The notes under the pieces: generated by a model
Told to the model about the DNA's origin: nothing
The model's database searches: none
Seen by the model: the letters and a program-made list of their open reading frames with translations, nothing else
Shown here: positions 1 to 9,134 of the stretch, in pieces
Numbering within the stretch: the first letter of the stretch is position 1
How the letters are laid out: each line of letters begins with the position of its first letter
Position numbers and translations under genes: made by a program
Source of the DNA: a virus
Lineage: Duplodnaviria > Caudoviricetes
IMG/VR virus record: IMGVR_UViG_3300013383_000031
Span: 7,550 to 71,549 of that record
Direction: 5' to 3' (one strand)
Length of the DNA stretch: 64,000 nucleotides

Positions 1-3000
1 ATAAAAGATTTAAGTAATATTAATATTCATGACTGTAACTCTACCATGTGGACGGCAACGCAGAATGTAGACCTTCAAGAAAACCCAATTGCGTTTATTT
101 TACAGTTCATGGGTTCATTGCAAATAAATGATATTTATAAGAACTACGGGAAAGACCAAGAATTAACGTTTGAAGATTTAATTGCCGACCCAGGGTATAA
201 CCCATTAATGATAGACCACAACTCTCTGTTGTTAGGAGCAGAAGGTTTAGTAACATCTTGTCATACTTTTAGTTATAGACTTGCACAAAAAGATAAACTA
301 TCGTATGCTGACATTTCTCAACTTTGTTCATTATTCGCTATGCTTGCGTTAAATACAGACAGATTCAACGGTGCACGTCTTGAAGGTAAACTAAAAAAGA
401 TCTTCGACAGCCTACCACAAGATAAGGCAATGATTGAAGCATATAGAATTGACCCTACAAACAACAGCATTAACTTATACACAGCGATAGAGAACCCGTT
501 GACTGATGAATATGTATTTAATGGGCCAATGTTTGATAACTATAACAACGAGTTTAAGAATTTACCAGCTCTGAATGTACAAGGTATTCGTGATATACAA
601 GTTGCACGAGAGAAAGTATCGCCTGACGAGTTAATGCAAATGAAAAAAGAAAACGTAGAGTTTTTAATGGCAAAGTTTAATCCATTAAACGGTAACGAAA
701 ACAATAAGTTTGCACACGAAATGTTTATAAATACTGCTCGTAAGGTGCTTGGTGTATTGCCGTTTGTGGGTAGGTATTTAAAAGCCGGAGAGTTTGTTCC
801 CACTCAGCAGTCTGTAGAAGCAGCGACAAACCGTAACACTGTGTATCACGAACTTATGCACGTTTACACAGAAGAAGCAACGGATATAGATATAGCTAAA
901 GGTAGATATCGGTATATGAAGCAGACAGACACCAAGAAACAAACTCCAAACTTTGGACACTTACGCTCAGACGTTAATGCACAAACACTTCCAATGGACG
1001 ATGAGCTCAGAAAAGAAGCCATGGTCGCCGTAACTAAAGCAATGCAAGAAGAACTTAATGCCTCTATCAAGAAACTAAAGAAGAGTAAGAGTTTATTTGG
1101 TTTGCAAATGTTGGCTATAACAGAACTTGTAGATACAAAGAAACTAATTGCACCAACAGTTAGTTTATGGCTTGATTCTGGGGTAGTTGGATACGACGCT
1201 ACGAAGACGGGTGATAATAGGTTTGTTATTAAGTTAGACGCAGCGAGTCTCATTCACTTGTACGACAAAGCAGCTACATATAAATGGGAACAGTTGTTAC
1301 TAGCTATGACGTTGCCTGGAGTTATATATGGAGCTAAAGCAGTTAATAAAGAAATTCCACTTTCTATGGGTGTACATACCTTGGTGACGGAAACATATAG
1401 CCACCTGAATAACGTAGTAAGTCAAGATTCTGATTTCATGACTACATGGCTACAAAAGTCTATAGAGTTATTAACAAAACTAGACGAAGCTGACCCAGGA
1501 AGAAAACTTAGAAATCGAATTAGACAGAAGAATAGAGATGAATTATACAAGAACGCTTTGATTGCGATAAAGACACTAACAGTGGCAGACCACCAAGATG
1601 TCCAAAAGATATCGGATAAGCAGGTTAGCAAAACTAATGAACATGCAAAAGTAGAAAAGCAGAAGAAGGAAAAGAGACAACCCGTTGGCACTGGTAAAGG
1701 ACTAACAACCAATGCACGTAACGTGGCTGATGACGTTGGTTCTCCAAAGGGTAAGTTTATGAAAGCGTTATACGGTATCGCCAATAAACGTAACAAGACT
1801 TTCGGTCAGACAACTACCAGTGGTATCAACCATGCTAAAGATATTCGTATAGCATACAAACCAGGAATGCGTTGGCTCGAAAACTTCATGGAGAAAGAAG
1901 TAGCCGATAGATTGTTTGATTTATCCCAACGTTGTATCGCACAACAACAGAGACTGAACGCAGAGAGTGACGCTTACATTAAACTGTTGAAACAGGTCTT
2001 GACTATTGATGGTAATAAGGCACAGACCAAAGCCCTTCGAGAATATTTCAATACAGAAATCAACGTCAACAGTGATAGAGGTCGAGACTTAGTAGAATTG
2101 TTCGACCTTCCGTATGAAGCTGGTCAGGATGAAAGATGTAAGAATAGAAGTGCCGATGGTAAGAACGCTATGCTTAAAGTATACGCTGATGACGTGTTCT
2201 TCGTAATGCATAACCAACCAGACAAAGCAACAGCTATGGCTAAAATGCAAGACAAAGTTTCCAAGATGGAAGCGTATTACCGTAAGAAAGGTAAAAAGTT
2301 CTACAAAAACCAAGCCTTCTGGTACAGAGAAGATACTGGTACTGTAGTATTCTACGCTTGTAAAGATGAACGGATGAAAGATGGTAAGTTCAAAAACTTA
2401 TTTATCTCTTATCCTTCCAAAGAAGATGGGACTGGTGCATTAGGTAACGCACGCATGAGAGCTAGACTTCAGCGTAGTGTTATGAGTGAATGCGAACAAC
2501 TCAGAAGAAAGGCAATGCAGAACGCAGGATACGCAAAGCCAATCATTGATAGCTTTATTGCAGGGCAGGCATTGTATCGTGCATTACTTATGAACGCATA
2601 CGTAAGAGAACAGAAGAGAGAAATGCGAAACGATGATATCATCAATCGTACTCATACTGGTTTCTTACATGCGTACGCTCCACGTTACTATGCAAGATAC
2701 GTACTTCAGAAAGAAACTTGGCACGAAATTCCTAAAGAACAAGTGAAGCAACAGGCGGTTGATTCTGGATATATTGTTCAGAAAGATGGTAAGTATTATC
2801 ACGTAGTAACATACGGTATTGGTTCCTTTGAAAACAAATCGGAACGAGCTAGATATAGAAACGAACATCCAATCGGAAAAAACGAAAGATATATCGAAAA
2901 GACTCGTGACGAATGGTTACAGGAACAGGGCGGTGGACGTGCTGACATTGTAGGTAATGTTGATACTGCCATTGGTACTATGACCAAAGACGATATCCAG

Positions 3001-5292
3001 AAAGGTAAAGATAAAGCCGAGACAGATATCGCAGGTCGTCTTGCTAAGTTCATCGGAAAGAAGTTCAACGATAGCGAAGAATGGAAAGGCGAAGATAGTA
3101 TTAAACAGATTGTTTACCAACTGGAACACATGGACGAAAAGGACGAAGCAGAGTTTGGTACGTACAAGCCACGTATGATTCAGACCGCAAAGATGATTCG
3201 TGTTGGTAAGGACAGAGTTCAAACTTTTAGACAGATTAGAAGAGCGTTGAAGATTGACGGTGCTCAATACTTAGCCGCTAACTATTCTCGTGAACGTACC
3301 TCCGATAGTAACCTATACTCTCATGATGTTATCGGTTCTCTTCAGCATTACTTACATACCGTGAATAGTGTTGAAGCACTGACTCCATTTTACAGAGAGA
3401 CGACACAGGCTATCAAGAAGTACACTGGTAGAGACTACGATAGAATTAAACGTGACTCCTACTATTCTGAATATAACATCATGTGTGAACTGGTGGATAA
3501 CATGAACGGTAGAGATAAACCTATGGACGCTTTCTTACGTAGACTTAGTGTCATGACTGTAGACGCTATCTATGCAATTCCTGGTGTTCGTAAAATTCTG
3601 GACGCTTGTGGTATTTACTTACCAGACCTTTGGTTACCAGCGTTCTTACATAACAACATTGCTATCAACGTTTATTTGAAACTTGGTTTGTTCAATGTCG
3701 CTACTGGTCTTGCACAGTATGCACAGCTTGCCAACGTATATGCACTTGGTGGGGAGAAAGCATTTGCATATGCAATGAAACGTATGCCAGGTATCATGGC
3801 TAGGGCACATAATCCGAAAGACATTTTGAAACATGAGTTTGATGTATCTGCTTACGGTAAAGAAATTCAACAAGTTATGGCTGATATGTACCTAACCAAA
3901 CAGGGTAAGAGTTTGCTTGACCAAAATAACGACAAAGCATTTGAAGAAGCTTTGAAACGGGGAGATAAAGAAGCTATTGAACTTCAGGTGTTTGCAGAAT
4001 TGTTCGACACCCTTAAAGGTAAAGTAGATGACACTGTCATGAATGACGTTGCGGCACAGTTAGGTAATGCTGGTAGTGCATACGAAGGCGAAAGTGTTAT
4101 GGATCACCTACCGAAGCAAGGTAAACAATTCTTTGATTTATCTATGGGTATGTTTAGAGGTGCCGATTTGTCTTGCCGTCTGTTCGCTGCATTAGTAGCA
4201 CAGTACAACATTGACAATAGTCCAGAATATAAACAGTGGAGAGAAGAACACAAAAAGTTAGGTGAACAAGAATACAACGCAGCACGTATGCTTGAGATTA
4301 GAAACTTTATCTATCGTACCAACTTCAACTTCAACAGAGCGACAGACCCACTCTGGGTTTCTAAAGGTGGTCTGCTTGCGAAGTGTGTATTCCAGTTTGC
4401 TTCTTTTGGTTTCCAATCTTTTGACTTCATGGGTTACTTGTTAAGAAACAAAAAGCAAAAAGAATTAGCCAAATACCTTGGTGTTATGGTTACACTTGCA
4501 GGCGTTACTGCTGGTATACCTATGATGACTATGATTTCTGGTATGTGTCAGGCTATCACTGGTACTAACCCAGAGGATTGGATTAAAGAATTTATTCTTG
4601 AAGCGGCTGGTAGAAGTGGCGGCAGAGTCCCTAAGGCAGTAGCACAGGGGTTATGTTATGGTATCTTGGCACCAGTTCTTGGTGTAGATATTAGTAAGAA
4701 GGTTGGCCTAAGTGATATCATGAAAGACCCAACGGACATTAGAAACCTTGGTGGGCCAGCACTTGGTACTATCATGGACTTTGGTTCTGCTGTTGGTGCT
4801 TCTTATGACGCCGCTATGTACGACAAGTACACAACCGACCAGCTTATGTTCGCTTGGCTCAAGAGTATGCCAGCAGCCTCTCGTTGGTTACAGGCTGCAA
4901 GGGGTCAGTATTACTCTTACAGTAAACTCATGCCTAAGACCGAATATCAGTCTATGGATAATGCAGATAGAATTAAGAATGCACTTGGTTTCAATCCACT
5001 TGAAAATAAACTTAACACAGACATTAATAGATACGTAACAGACCAGAACCAGGATTACTCCAACAAAGTTAGAGAAGCTATGATTGCATACCATAACAAC
5101 CCAACGGATGAAAACCTGAAGGTTCTTCAGTCTTATGGTAAGACGCCGAAGCAGGCTGAACTAGCAGTTGCTAAATACATTAAGCCAAAGGTTACCGCAG
5201 AACAGGCAGAAAGTATGGTGACAAAAGCTAAGAGTGACGAGGCAAACGTTGTTCGTAGTAACGTACGTGCTCTTGGTGGTATGCTGAATTAA
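1..5292 (+). CDS. Giant virion-associated/ejection (large polyvalent-type) protein, 5'-truncated by the window edge
   Basis: Frame is open from base 1 (IKDLSNINIHDCNSTMW...), so the true start is upstream. At least 1763 aa, with a zincin HExxH motif (VYHELMH) and a helical C-terminal region of the kind seen in podovirus DNA-ejection/polyvalent proteins. Ends at a bidirectional terminator. Confidence 0.6.
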   Translation: MKDLSNINIHDCNSTMWTATQNVDLQENPIAFILQFMGSLQINDIYKNYGKDQELTFEDLIADPGYNPLMIDHNSLLLGAEGLVTSCHTFSYRLAQKDKLSYADISQLCSLFAMLALNTDRFNGARLEGKLKKIFDSLPQDKAMIEAYRIDPTNNSINLYTAIENPLTDEYVFNGPMFDNYNNEFKNLPALNVQGIRDIQVAREKVSPDELMQMKKENVEFLMAKFNPLNGNENNKFAHEMFINTARKVLGVLPFVGRYLKAGEFVPTQQSVEAATNRNTVYHELMHVYTEEATDIDIAKGRYRYMKQTDTKKQTPNFGHLRSDVNAQTLPMDDELRKEAMVAVTKAMQEELNASIKKLKKSKSLFGLQMLAITELVDTKKLIAPTVSLWLDSGVVGYDATKTGDNRFVIKLDAASLIHLYDKAATYKWEQLLLAMTLPGVIYGAKAVNKEIPLSMGVHTLVTETYSHLNNVVSQDSDFMTTWLQKSIELLTKLDEADPGRKLRNRIRQKNRDELYKNALIAIKTLTVADHQDVQKISDKQVSKTNEHAKVEKQKKEKRQPVGTGKGLTTNARNVADDVGSPKGKFMKALYGIANKRNKTFGQTTTSGINHAKDIRIAYKPGMRWLENFMEKEVADRLFDLSQRCIAQQQRLNAESDAYIKLLKQVLTIDGNKAQTKALREYFNTEINVNSDRGRDLVELFDLPYEAGQDERCKNRSADGKNAMLKVYADDVFFVMHNQPDKATAMAKMQDKVSKMEAYYRKKGKKFYKNQAFWYREDTGTVVFYACKDERMKDGKFKNLFISYPSKEDGTGALGNARMRARLQRSVMSECEQLRRKAMQNAGYAKPIIDSFIAGQALYRALLMNAYVREQKREMRNDDIINRTHTGFLHAYAPRYYARYVLQKETWHEIPKEQVKQQAVDSGYIVQKDGKYYHVVTYGIGSFENKSERARYRNEHPIGKNERYIEKTRDEWLQEQGGGRADIVGNVDTAIGTMTKDDIQKGKDKAETDIAGRLAKFIGKKFNDSEEWKGEDSIKQIVYQLEHMDEKDEAEFGTYKPRMIQTAKMIRVGKDRVQTFRQIRRALKIDGAQYLAANYSRERTSDSNLYSHDVIGSLQHYLHTVNSVEALTPFYRETTQAIKKYTGRDYDRIKRDSYYSEYNIMCELVDNMNGRDKPMDAFLRRLSVMTVDAIYAIPGVRKILDACGIYLPDLWLPAFLHNNIAINVYLKLGLFNVATGLAQYAQLANVYALGGEKAFAYAMKRMPGIMARAHNPKDILKHEFDVSAYGKEIQQVMADMYLTKQGKSLLDQNNDKAFEEALKRGDKEAIELQVFAELFDTLKGKVDDTVMNDVAAQLGNAGSAYEGESVMDHLPKQGKQFFDLSMGMFRGADLSCRLFAALVAQYNIDNSPEYKQWREEHKKLGEQEYNAARMLEIRNFIYRTNFNFNRATDPLWVSKGGLLAKCVFQFASFGFQSFDFMGYLLRNKKQKELAKYLGVMVTLAGVTAGIPMMTMISGMCQAITGTNPEDWIKEFILEAAGRSGGRVPKAVAQGLCYGILAPVLGVDISKKVGLSDIMKDPTDIRNLGGPALGTIMDFGSAVGASYDAAMYDKYTTDQLMFAWLKSMPAASRWLQAARGQYYSYSKLMPKTEYQSMDNADRIKNALGFNPLENKLNTDINRYVTDQNQDYSNKVREAMIAYHNNPTDENLKVLQSYGKTPKQAELAVAKYIKPKVTAEQAESMVTKAKSDEANVVRSNVRALGGMLN

Positions 5293-5296
5293 GCAT

Positions 5297-5328
5297 AAAA
5301 AAAAGAGGGAGGCGAAAGCCTCCCTTTT
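5297..5328. terminator. Bidirectional intrinsic terminator
   Basis: A-run, GGGAGGC-GAAA-GCCTCCC hairpin, T-run, between convergent genes. Confidence 0.9.
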
Positions 5329-5336
5329 ATATTGCC

Positions 5337-5567
5337 TTAATCTAGTTTAATGCTATACAAAACCTTAGGTAGTCTAAACAGGCAGTGATAGACTGTCTTT
5401 TTGTTTCGTTTATCATCAAGTCTTTCCCACACCCTAAATACAGTATTCCCAGGAAGGATGTGTCGTATTGTATTAAGAGTTACATCCATCACACCTTCAC
5501 CTCTTATATCCCCAATCATCTTTCGGTCTATAAATAACTGTATCTTGTGTTGCGTCGATAAACTCAT
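5337..5567 (-). CDS. Hypothetical protein
   Basis: 76 aa ORF, last of the overlapping minus-strand small-gene run. Confidence 0.5.
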   Translation of the reverse strand: MSLSTQHKIQLFIDRKMIGDIRGEGVMDVTLNTIRHILPGNTVFRVWERLDDKRNKKTVYHCLFRLPKVLYSIKLD

Positions 5568-5790
5568 AAGGGAACATCTTGCACCACGCCTTATGTTTAT
5601 CTTTATCGGTCACATTGTTTTTATCGACACACACAGCTCTCCATTTAGGTTTAGTCCGCTTATCACGAATATGCTTTAGCTCAAGCCACCCTTCGATAAA
5701 ACCTCTCCACCACGCCTTGGCGTGCCAAATAATTTCATGTTCTTCGTTCACACGATAGTTCTTATACTTCTTCTTCCACATGTTTATCAC
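5497..5790 (-). CDS. Hypothetical basic, Trp-rich protein
   Basis: 97 aa ORF translationally coupled to the upstream ORF. Confidence 0.6.
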   Translation of the reverse strand: MINMWKKKYKNYRVNEEHEIIWHAKAWWRGFIEGWLELKHIRDKRTKPKWRAVCVDKNNVTDKDKHKAWCKMFPYEFIDATQDTVIYRPKDDWGYKR

Positions 5791-5999
5791 CGTTCCTTTA
5801 CATCACTGTGTACCTCTAAGATTAAAGTTTTATATTGGTTAAGGTACATGTGCACAATTTCTTTTTCGCTTACGTGTTTTGGCATATTATCTAACGGCCA
5901 AAAATCTTTAACGTGTTCGTCGTACATTTCGTGAACCCACACGTGACTAGGTGGGCACTTAACCCAATCCCATTTCTGTACAATATCTTCAACTGTCAT
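5787..5999 (-). CDS. Hypothetical protein (small-gene paralog array)
   Basis: 70 aa; start overlaps the end of the previous gene; MT(V/L)x(D/E) N-terminus shared with neighbours. Confidence 0.65.
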   Translation of the reverse strand: MTVEDIVQKWDWVKCPPSHVWVHEMYDEHVKDFWPLDNMPKHVSEKEIVHMYLNQYKTLILEVHSDVKER

Positions 6000-6237
6000 C
6001 TTCCTCTTCCTTTCCTAGTACAACACAAAGAATAGGTTCAAATAAGCCAAGCTCCCAACCGCCATCGTCATCATATCTATGAGCGGCGAAGATATCTGTT
6101 ACCTCTTTATCCATCGCTCCTTCATTAATATCATTCTTATCGTGGTATAACCAAGCGTATTCATGATACTGTTCGGAAATAATTTCTAACGGTTCTCCAT
6201 CGTGAACACCTTCAAGCAACTGTTTTAATGTAAGCAT
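5989..6237 (-). CDS. Hypothetical protein (small-gene paralog array)
   Basis: 82 aa, coupled start/stop (TAATG). Confidence 0.65.
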   Translation of the reverse strand: MLTLKQLLEGVHDGEPLEIISEQYHEYAWLYHDKNDINEGAMDKEVTDIFAAHRYDDDGGWELGLFEPILCVVLGKEEEDDS

Positions 6238-6578
6238 TATTTCACCACTTTCTTTAGTTTTAACTTATTATATACTTCATCGAAACCTTCTAGTGCGAAC
6301 ATTACACCGCCATACATATCTTCGTAGGGATCATAGTAATCTGCGTCTTCTTCGCTACAAAAATCACCTGGGAAATATAAGTCGCCATAGAAAACTCTAA
6401 CCTCAAGATTTAAAACTTCTTTTGGGATAAGTGTTTTATCTCTAAATAATACGTCAGGTTGACGCCATTTGTAGAAGTTTTGTTCTTCATCGCTACGGGC
6501 GTCGCATACACGAATAGCACCATCAGCATGATATCGCCATAAGTAATCTTTAAGTTTCATAAGGTTTCCCCTTTCCAA
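6237..6578 (-). CDS. Hypothetical protein (small-gene paralog array)
   Basis: 113 aa, overlapping neighbours, acidic C-terminus. Confidence 0.65.
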   Translation of the reverse strand: MERGNLMKLKDYLWRYHADGAIRVCDARSDEEQNFYKWRQPDVLFRDKTLIPKEVLNLEVRVFYGDLYFPGDFCSEEDADYYDPYEDMYGGVMFALEGFDEVYNKLKLKKVVK

Positions 6579-6981
6579 TGTGTGTACCTGTTACAGAGCC
6601 AGGAATATAATCTTCCATAGTCTCTAAATACCTTGTTTCTCTTTGTTCCCATACCTCTAATGTTTCTTTAGCATTTCTTATTGCGTCACTACGCTGAAGT
6701 CCACAACGCTTCAACGCAGATATAACATCTTTATATTCTAACACTTTGTTATGAGCTTCCACGTAATTGACAAACTCATACATCCACCCCGATGGTACTG
6801 GAACAACGTAGATTACTCCGTTCACTACCTGTATTTTTTGAACATCAATATTACGCCATTCTTTCAATACTTGACGTTCATCCATAGGTAATACATTCAT
6901 CATAATAATATTTTGTTTGTAGTCTACAATAGTTACTCTTCTAATATTGTGGTCTATAATCGCCAAGCTCCCAAGCTGCAT
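6550..6981 (-). CDS. Hypothetical protein
   Basis: 143 aa with GGAGAG SD upstream of a TTG start. Confidence 0.65.
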   Translation of the reverse strand: MQLGSLAIIDHNIRRVTIVDYKQNIIMMNVLPMDERQVLKEWRNIDVQKIQVVNGVIYVVPVPSGWMYEFVNYVEAHNKVLEYKDVISALKRCGLQRSDAIRNAKETLEVWEQRETRYLETMEDYIPGSVTGTHIGKGKPYET

Positions 6982-7324
6982 GTTTTCCTACACTCTCCTT
7001 CTCTTCTTTTACTAATTGTGCTGCTTTAATAATCATTTCATTTTCCGCTTTACGCTTTTCACTTTTTCGTGTAACAGCAGGGTAATACATTAAATCAAAG
7101 TGCAAAGTGAGCTGGGGTAATACATTAGGTTCTCTAGCTATAGATGGATGAACGTATAGAATCTCAGCTTCCCTCAAGTCATTACTCATATCATAGAGGT
7201 CACCACAAAACTCACAATGCCTATTATCATTCTCGAAATCGTGGAACACATACTTAACAGTATATCTTACCGCCCCCCACATGTTTATAAACTCAGCGAC
7301 TGTCATCATCGTCATCCTCCTCAT
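6941..7324 (-). CDS. Hypothetical protein (small-gene paralog array)
   Basis: 127 aa; real start probably MTVAEF. Confidence 0.6.
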   Translation of the reverse strand: MRRMTMMTVAEFINMWGAVRYTVKYVFHDFENDNRHCEFCGDLYDMSNDLREAEILYVHPSIAREPNVLPQLTLHFDLMYYPAVTRKSEKRKAENEMIIKAAQLVKEEKESVGKHAAWELGDYRPQY

Positions 7325-7496
7325 CGTCTGGAATCACATACCACGATTCGTCCACAGACGCAATCGCATAGATAACAATAAAGCAGACGCCAACGATTAG
7401 TTCGCTGCTCATGAACGCACATACTGCACCAATAAATGCACAAATAGAAACCACGTTTCTAAGAACGGCGATGATATAATTCATCCAATCAAACAT
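7293..7496 (-). CDS. Small membrane protein (2 predicted TM helices, acidic tail)
   Basis: Hydrophobic stretches VVSICAFIGAVCAF and LIVGVCFIVIYAIA; AAGGA SD. Confidence 0.6.
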   Translation of the reverse strand: MFDWMNYIIAVLRNVVSICAFIGAVCAFMSSELIVGVCFIVIYAIASVDESWYVIPDDEEDDDDDSR

Positions 7497-7594
7497 ACAC
7501 TCATTCCTTTCTAACAGACACTCATACCATACACAACGTGCTTAACTCTAACGGTCTCTTCTCTCATAAGTTCCATCCCCTTTCATCTATATAC

Positions 7595-7623
7595 ATTATA
7601 TCATATCATCTTAGCTCTGTCAA
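7595..7623 (-). promoter_or_regulatory. sigmaA/sigma70 consensus promoter (leftward)
   Basis: TTGACA-N17-TATAAT with TG extended -10 and upstream AAAAAAGTAC tract. Confidence 0.85.
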
Positions 7624-7668
7624 GTACTTTTTTAAATTTCTTTGAAGTATTTAATACCTTCGCCTTTA

Positions 7669-7799
7669 TGTGACTAACTCTTTGAGTTACTCACACACGG
7701 CTTCGAGTACTGGAGTACTGGACCATGCCCTCACACCACCATTTAATCTGTGACTAACCATGTGACTAACTCTTTGAGTTACTCACAAGGTTACTCACA
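7669..7799. repeat. Array of six TGTGA(C/G)TAAC half-sites (two 27-bp palindromes plus two extra half-sites)
   Basis: TGTGACTAACTCTTTGAGTTACTCACA at 7669-7695 and 7761-7787; extra half-sites at 7749-7758 and 7790-7799. Confidence 0.9.
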
Positions 7800-7875
7800 C
7801 GTTATCAAGTTCTTATTTTTTATTCTTTATTAATTATCTTTAAGGTTTAAATCTTTATGTTAGACAGTTTGTTTT

Positions 7876-8358
7876 CAGCTCTGTGTCTCGCCTGACGGCG
7901 AGGGATGAAACTCAGAGCTGAGGGAGTGAGAAGGTAGACGCCGCATAGTTGACAGCGTAGTGATGTTTTACTACACTGAACTATGCACGTCATACCAAAC
8001 AGAAGAACGGAATGAAACCCGTCGCCTCGGTCGTTTATCGGTTGGTAACACACGTAGTTCTCGAAGAACTCAACCTCACTCAACCCTTGGTAAGTGGTTA
8101 CCTGACGCCGTCTTTCGACTTGAGCCTCCAGCCTTAAATTTCGGGCGTGGTGTTTAATCCACGCTAAAGTTTCTCCCTTTAACGGACATTACTTGGGCCT
8201 GACCTCCGCAACGTGTGGTGCGTTCACAGCCTTCCCTGAGACACCCATACACAAAGTGCCCTGATTTCCTGCGGTTGGGTAATACTACCTTTTGAGTTTC
8301 GGTCAACGTGGTAAGTAAACACCGTCTATTATTATCTAAGGAGTATGCGTAATAATAG
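7876..8358 (-). ncRNA. Candidate large structured non-coding RNA downstream of tRNA-Cys
   Basis: No convincing ORF. Many nested helices: 7876-83/7913-20, 7887-92/7897-902, 7943-50/7979-86, 7953-61/7970-78, 7924-30/8075-81, 8145-50/8159-64, 8326-34/8350-58, and a GAAA tetraloop at 8110-19. Confidence 0.5.
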
Positions 8359-8400
8359 AAACCGCTCGAATCTTAAATTGTATCCACAACATCTTTCATA

Positions 8401-8475
8401 TGGAGGCGGCACTCAGAATCGAACTGAGGATAGAGGTTTTGCGGACCTCTGCCTTAACCATTTGGCTATGCCGCC
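8401..8475 (-). tRNA. trnC: tRNA-Cys (GCA), CCA encoded, with C instead of U at position 33
   Basis: Cloverleaf GGCGGCATAGCCAAATGGTTAAGGCAGAGGT-CCGCAAA-ACCTCTATCCTCAGTTCGATTCTGAGTGCCGCC-T-CCA; U73 discriminator. Confidence 0.93.
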
Positions 8476-8496
8476 ATCAAGTTTTCTTATGTTTAT

Positions 8497-8525
8497 ATTA
8501 TATCACATAGTTCCAACTTTGTCAA
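8497..8525 (-). promoter_or_regulatory. sigmaA consensus promoter driving tRNA-Cys and the structured RNA
   Basis: TTGACA-N17-TATAAT with TG; same upstream AAAAAAGTAC tract as the 7595 promoter. Confidence 0.85.
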
Positions 8526-8628
8526 GTACTTTTTTTTAAATTTCTTTGAAGTTTTTCTTGACAATTATATTGTATCATACTTTGTCAATCTTGTCAACTA
8601 CTTTTTTGAAAAAGTTTTTGAAAATCTC

Positions 8629-8657
8629 TTGACAAAAATTGAAAGTGGTGTTATAAT
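8629..8657 (+). promoter_or_regulatory. sigmaA consensus promoter for the replication operon
   Basis: TTGACA(8629-34)-N17-TATAAT(8652-57). Confidence 0.85.
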
Positions 8658-8687
8658 ATAATTGAAGTGAGAAAGGGGGTGACCATA

Positions 8688-9134
8688 ATGAAAGATAAAG
8701 AACTTATGAATCTTGGTTTCGGTGTGTATATTCACAAGGCAGACGTGCTTGGATTATATGGTGCAGGACAGAAACATACAATGAGACGTATGACTAGTAA
8801 AACGAATGCACCATTACCGAATCAGGTGTTGAACAATCTTAATGGGCGTGAGTGTTTGTCTTATGTAGAAACACCGTTCCATATTTATCTGTGTGCCTAC
8901 CCTGTAGAAGTATTAGTTGAAGAATATACTGGTAATCATACAGAAGAAGGAGACAGACTCCGTGCTACGTATGACTCTGAAGATTATCTTGTGAACTATC
9001 AGAAGAGTGAACACGATTCGTATTATGCTTTGTACATGAAAAAGATGGCAGAAGCTAAAGAAGCTACTCGTGCAGAATGGGATAAGCTACAGTTAGAGAA
9101 ACAAAGAAAGGCGGCGGCAGAAAGTGACGAATAG
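8688..9134 (+). CDS. RemA/DUF370-like DNA-binding protein with C-terminal coiled extension
   Basis: LMNLGFGVYI...NGRECLSYVETPFHIYLCAYPVEVL resembles the RemA pattern (LINIGFGN...GRRTR...HVILSA..PE); SD GAAAGGGGGTGA before ATG 8688. Confidence 0.5.
   Translation: MKDKELMNLGFGVYIHKADVLGLYGAGQKHTMRRMTSKTNAPLPNQVLNNLNGRECLSYVETPFHIYLCAYPVEVLVEEYTGNHTEEGDRLRATYDSEDYLVNYQKSEHDSYYALYMKKMAEAKEATRAEWDKLQLEKQRKAAAESDE

Noticed and set aside
7669-7799. CRISPR array or CRP site
   Set aside because: There are no unique spacers, and the TGTGA...TCACA spacing is 17 nt rather than the 6 nt of CRP boxes.
7847-8083. 78-aa protein-coding ORF
   Set aside because: No SD, atypical composition, and it coincides with dense RNA helices; treated as ncRNA.
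8200-8300. RNase P RNA or group I intron (GGAAATCAGGGC-like segment)
   Set aside because: The remaining conserved P4/CR or P7/R/S elements could not be found.
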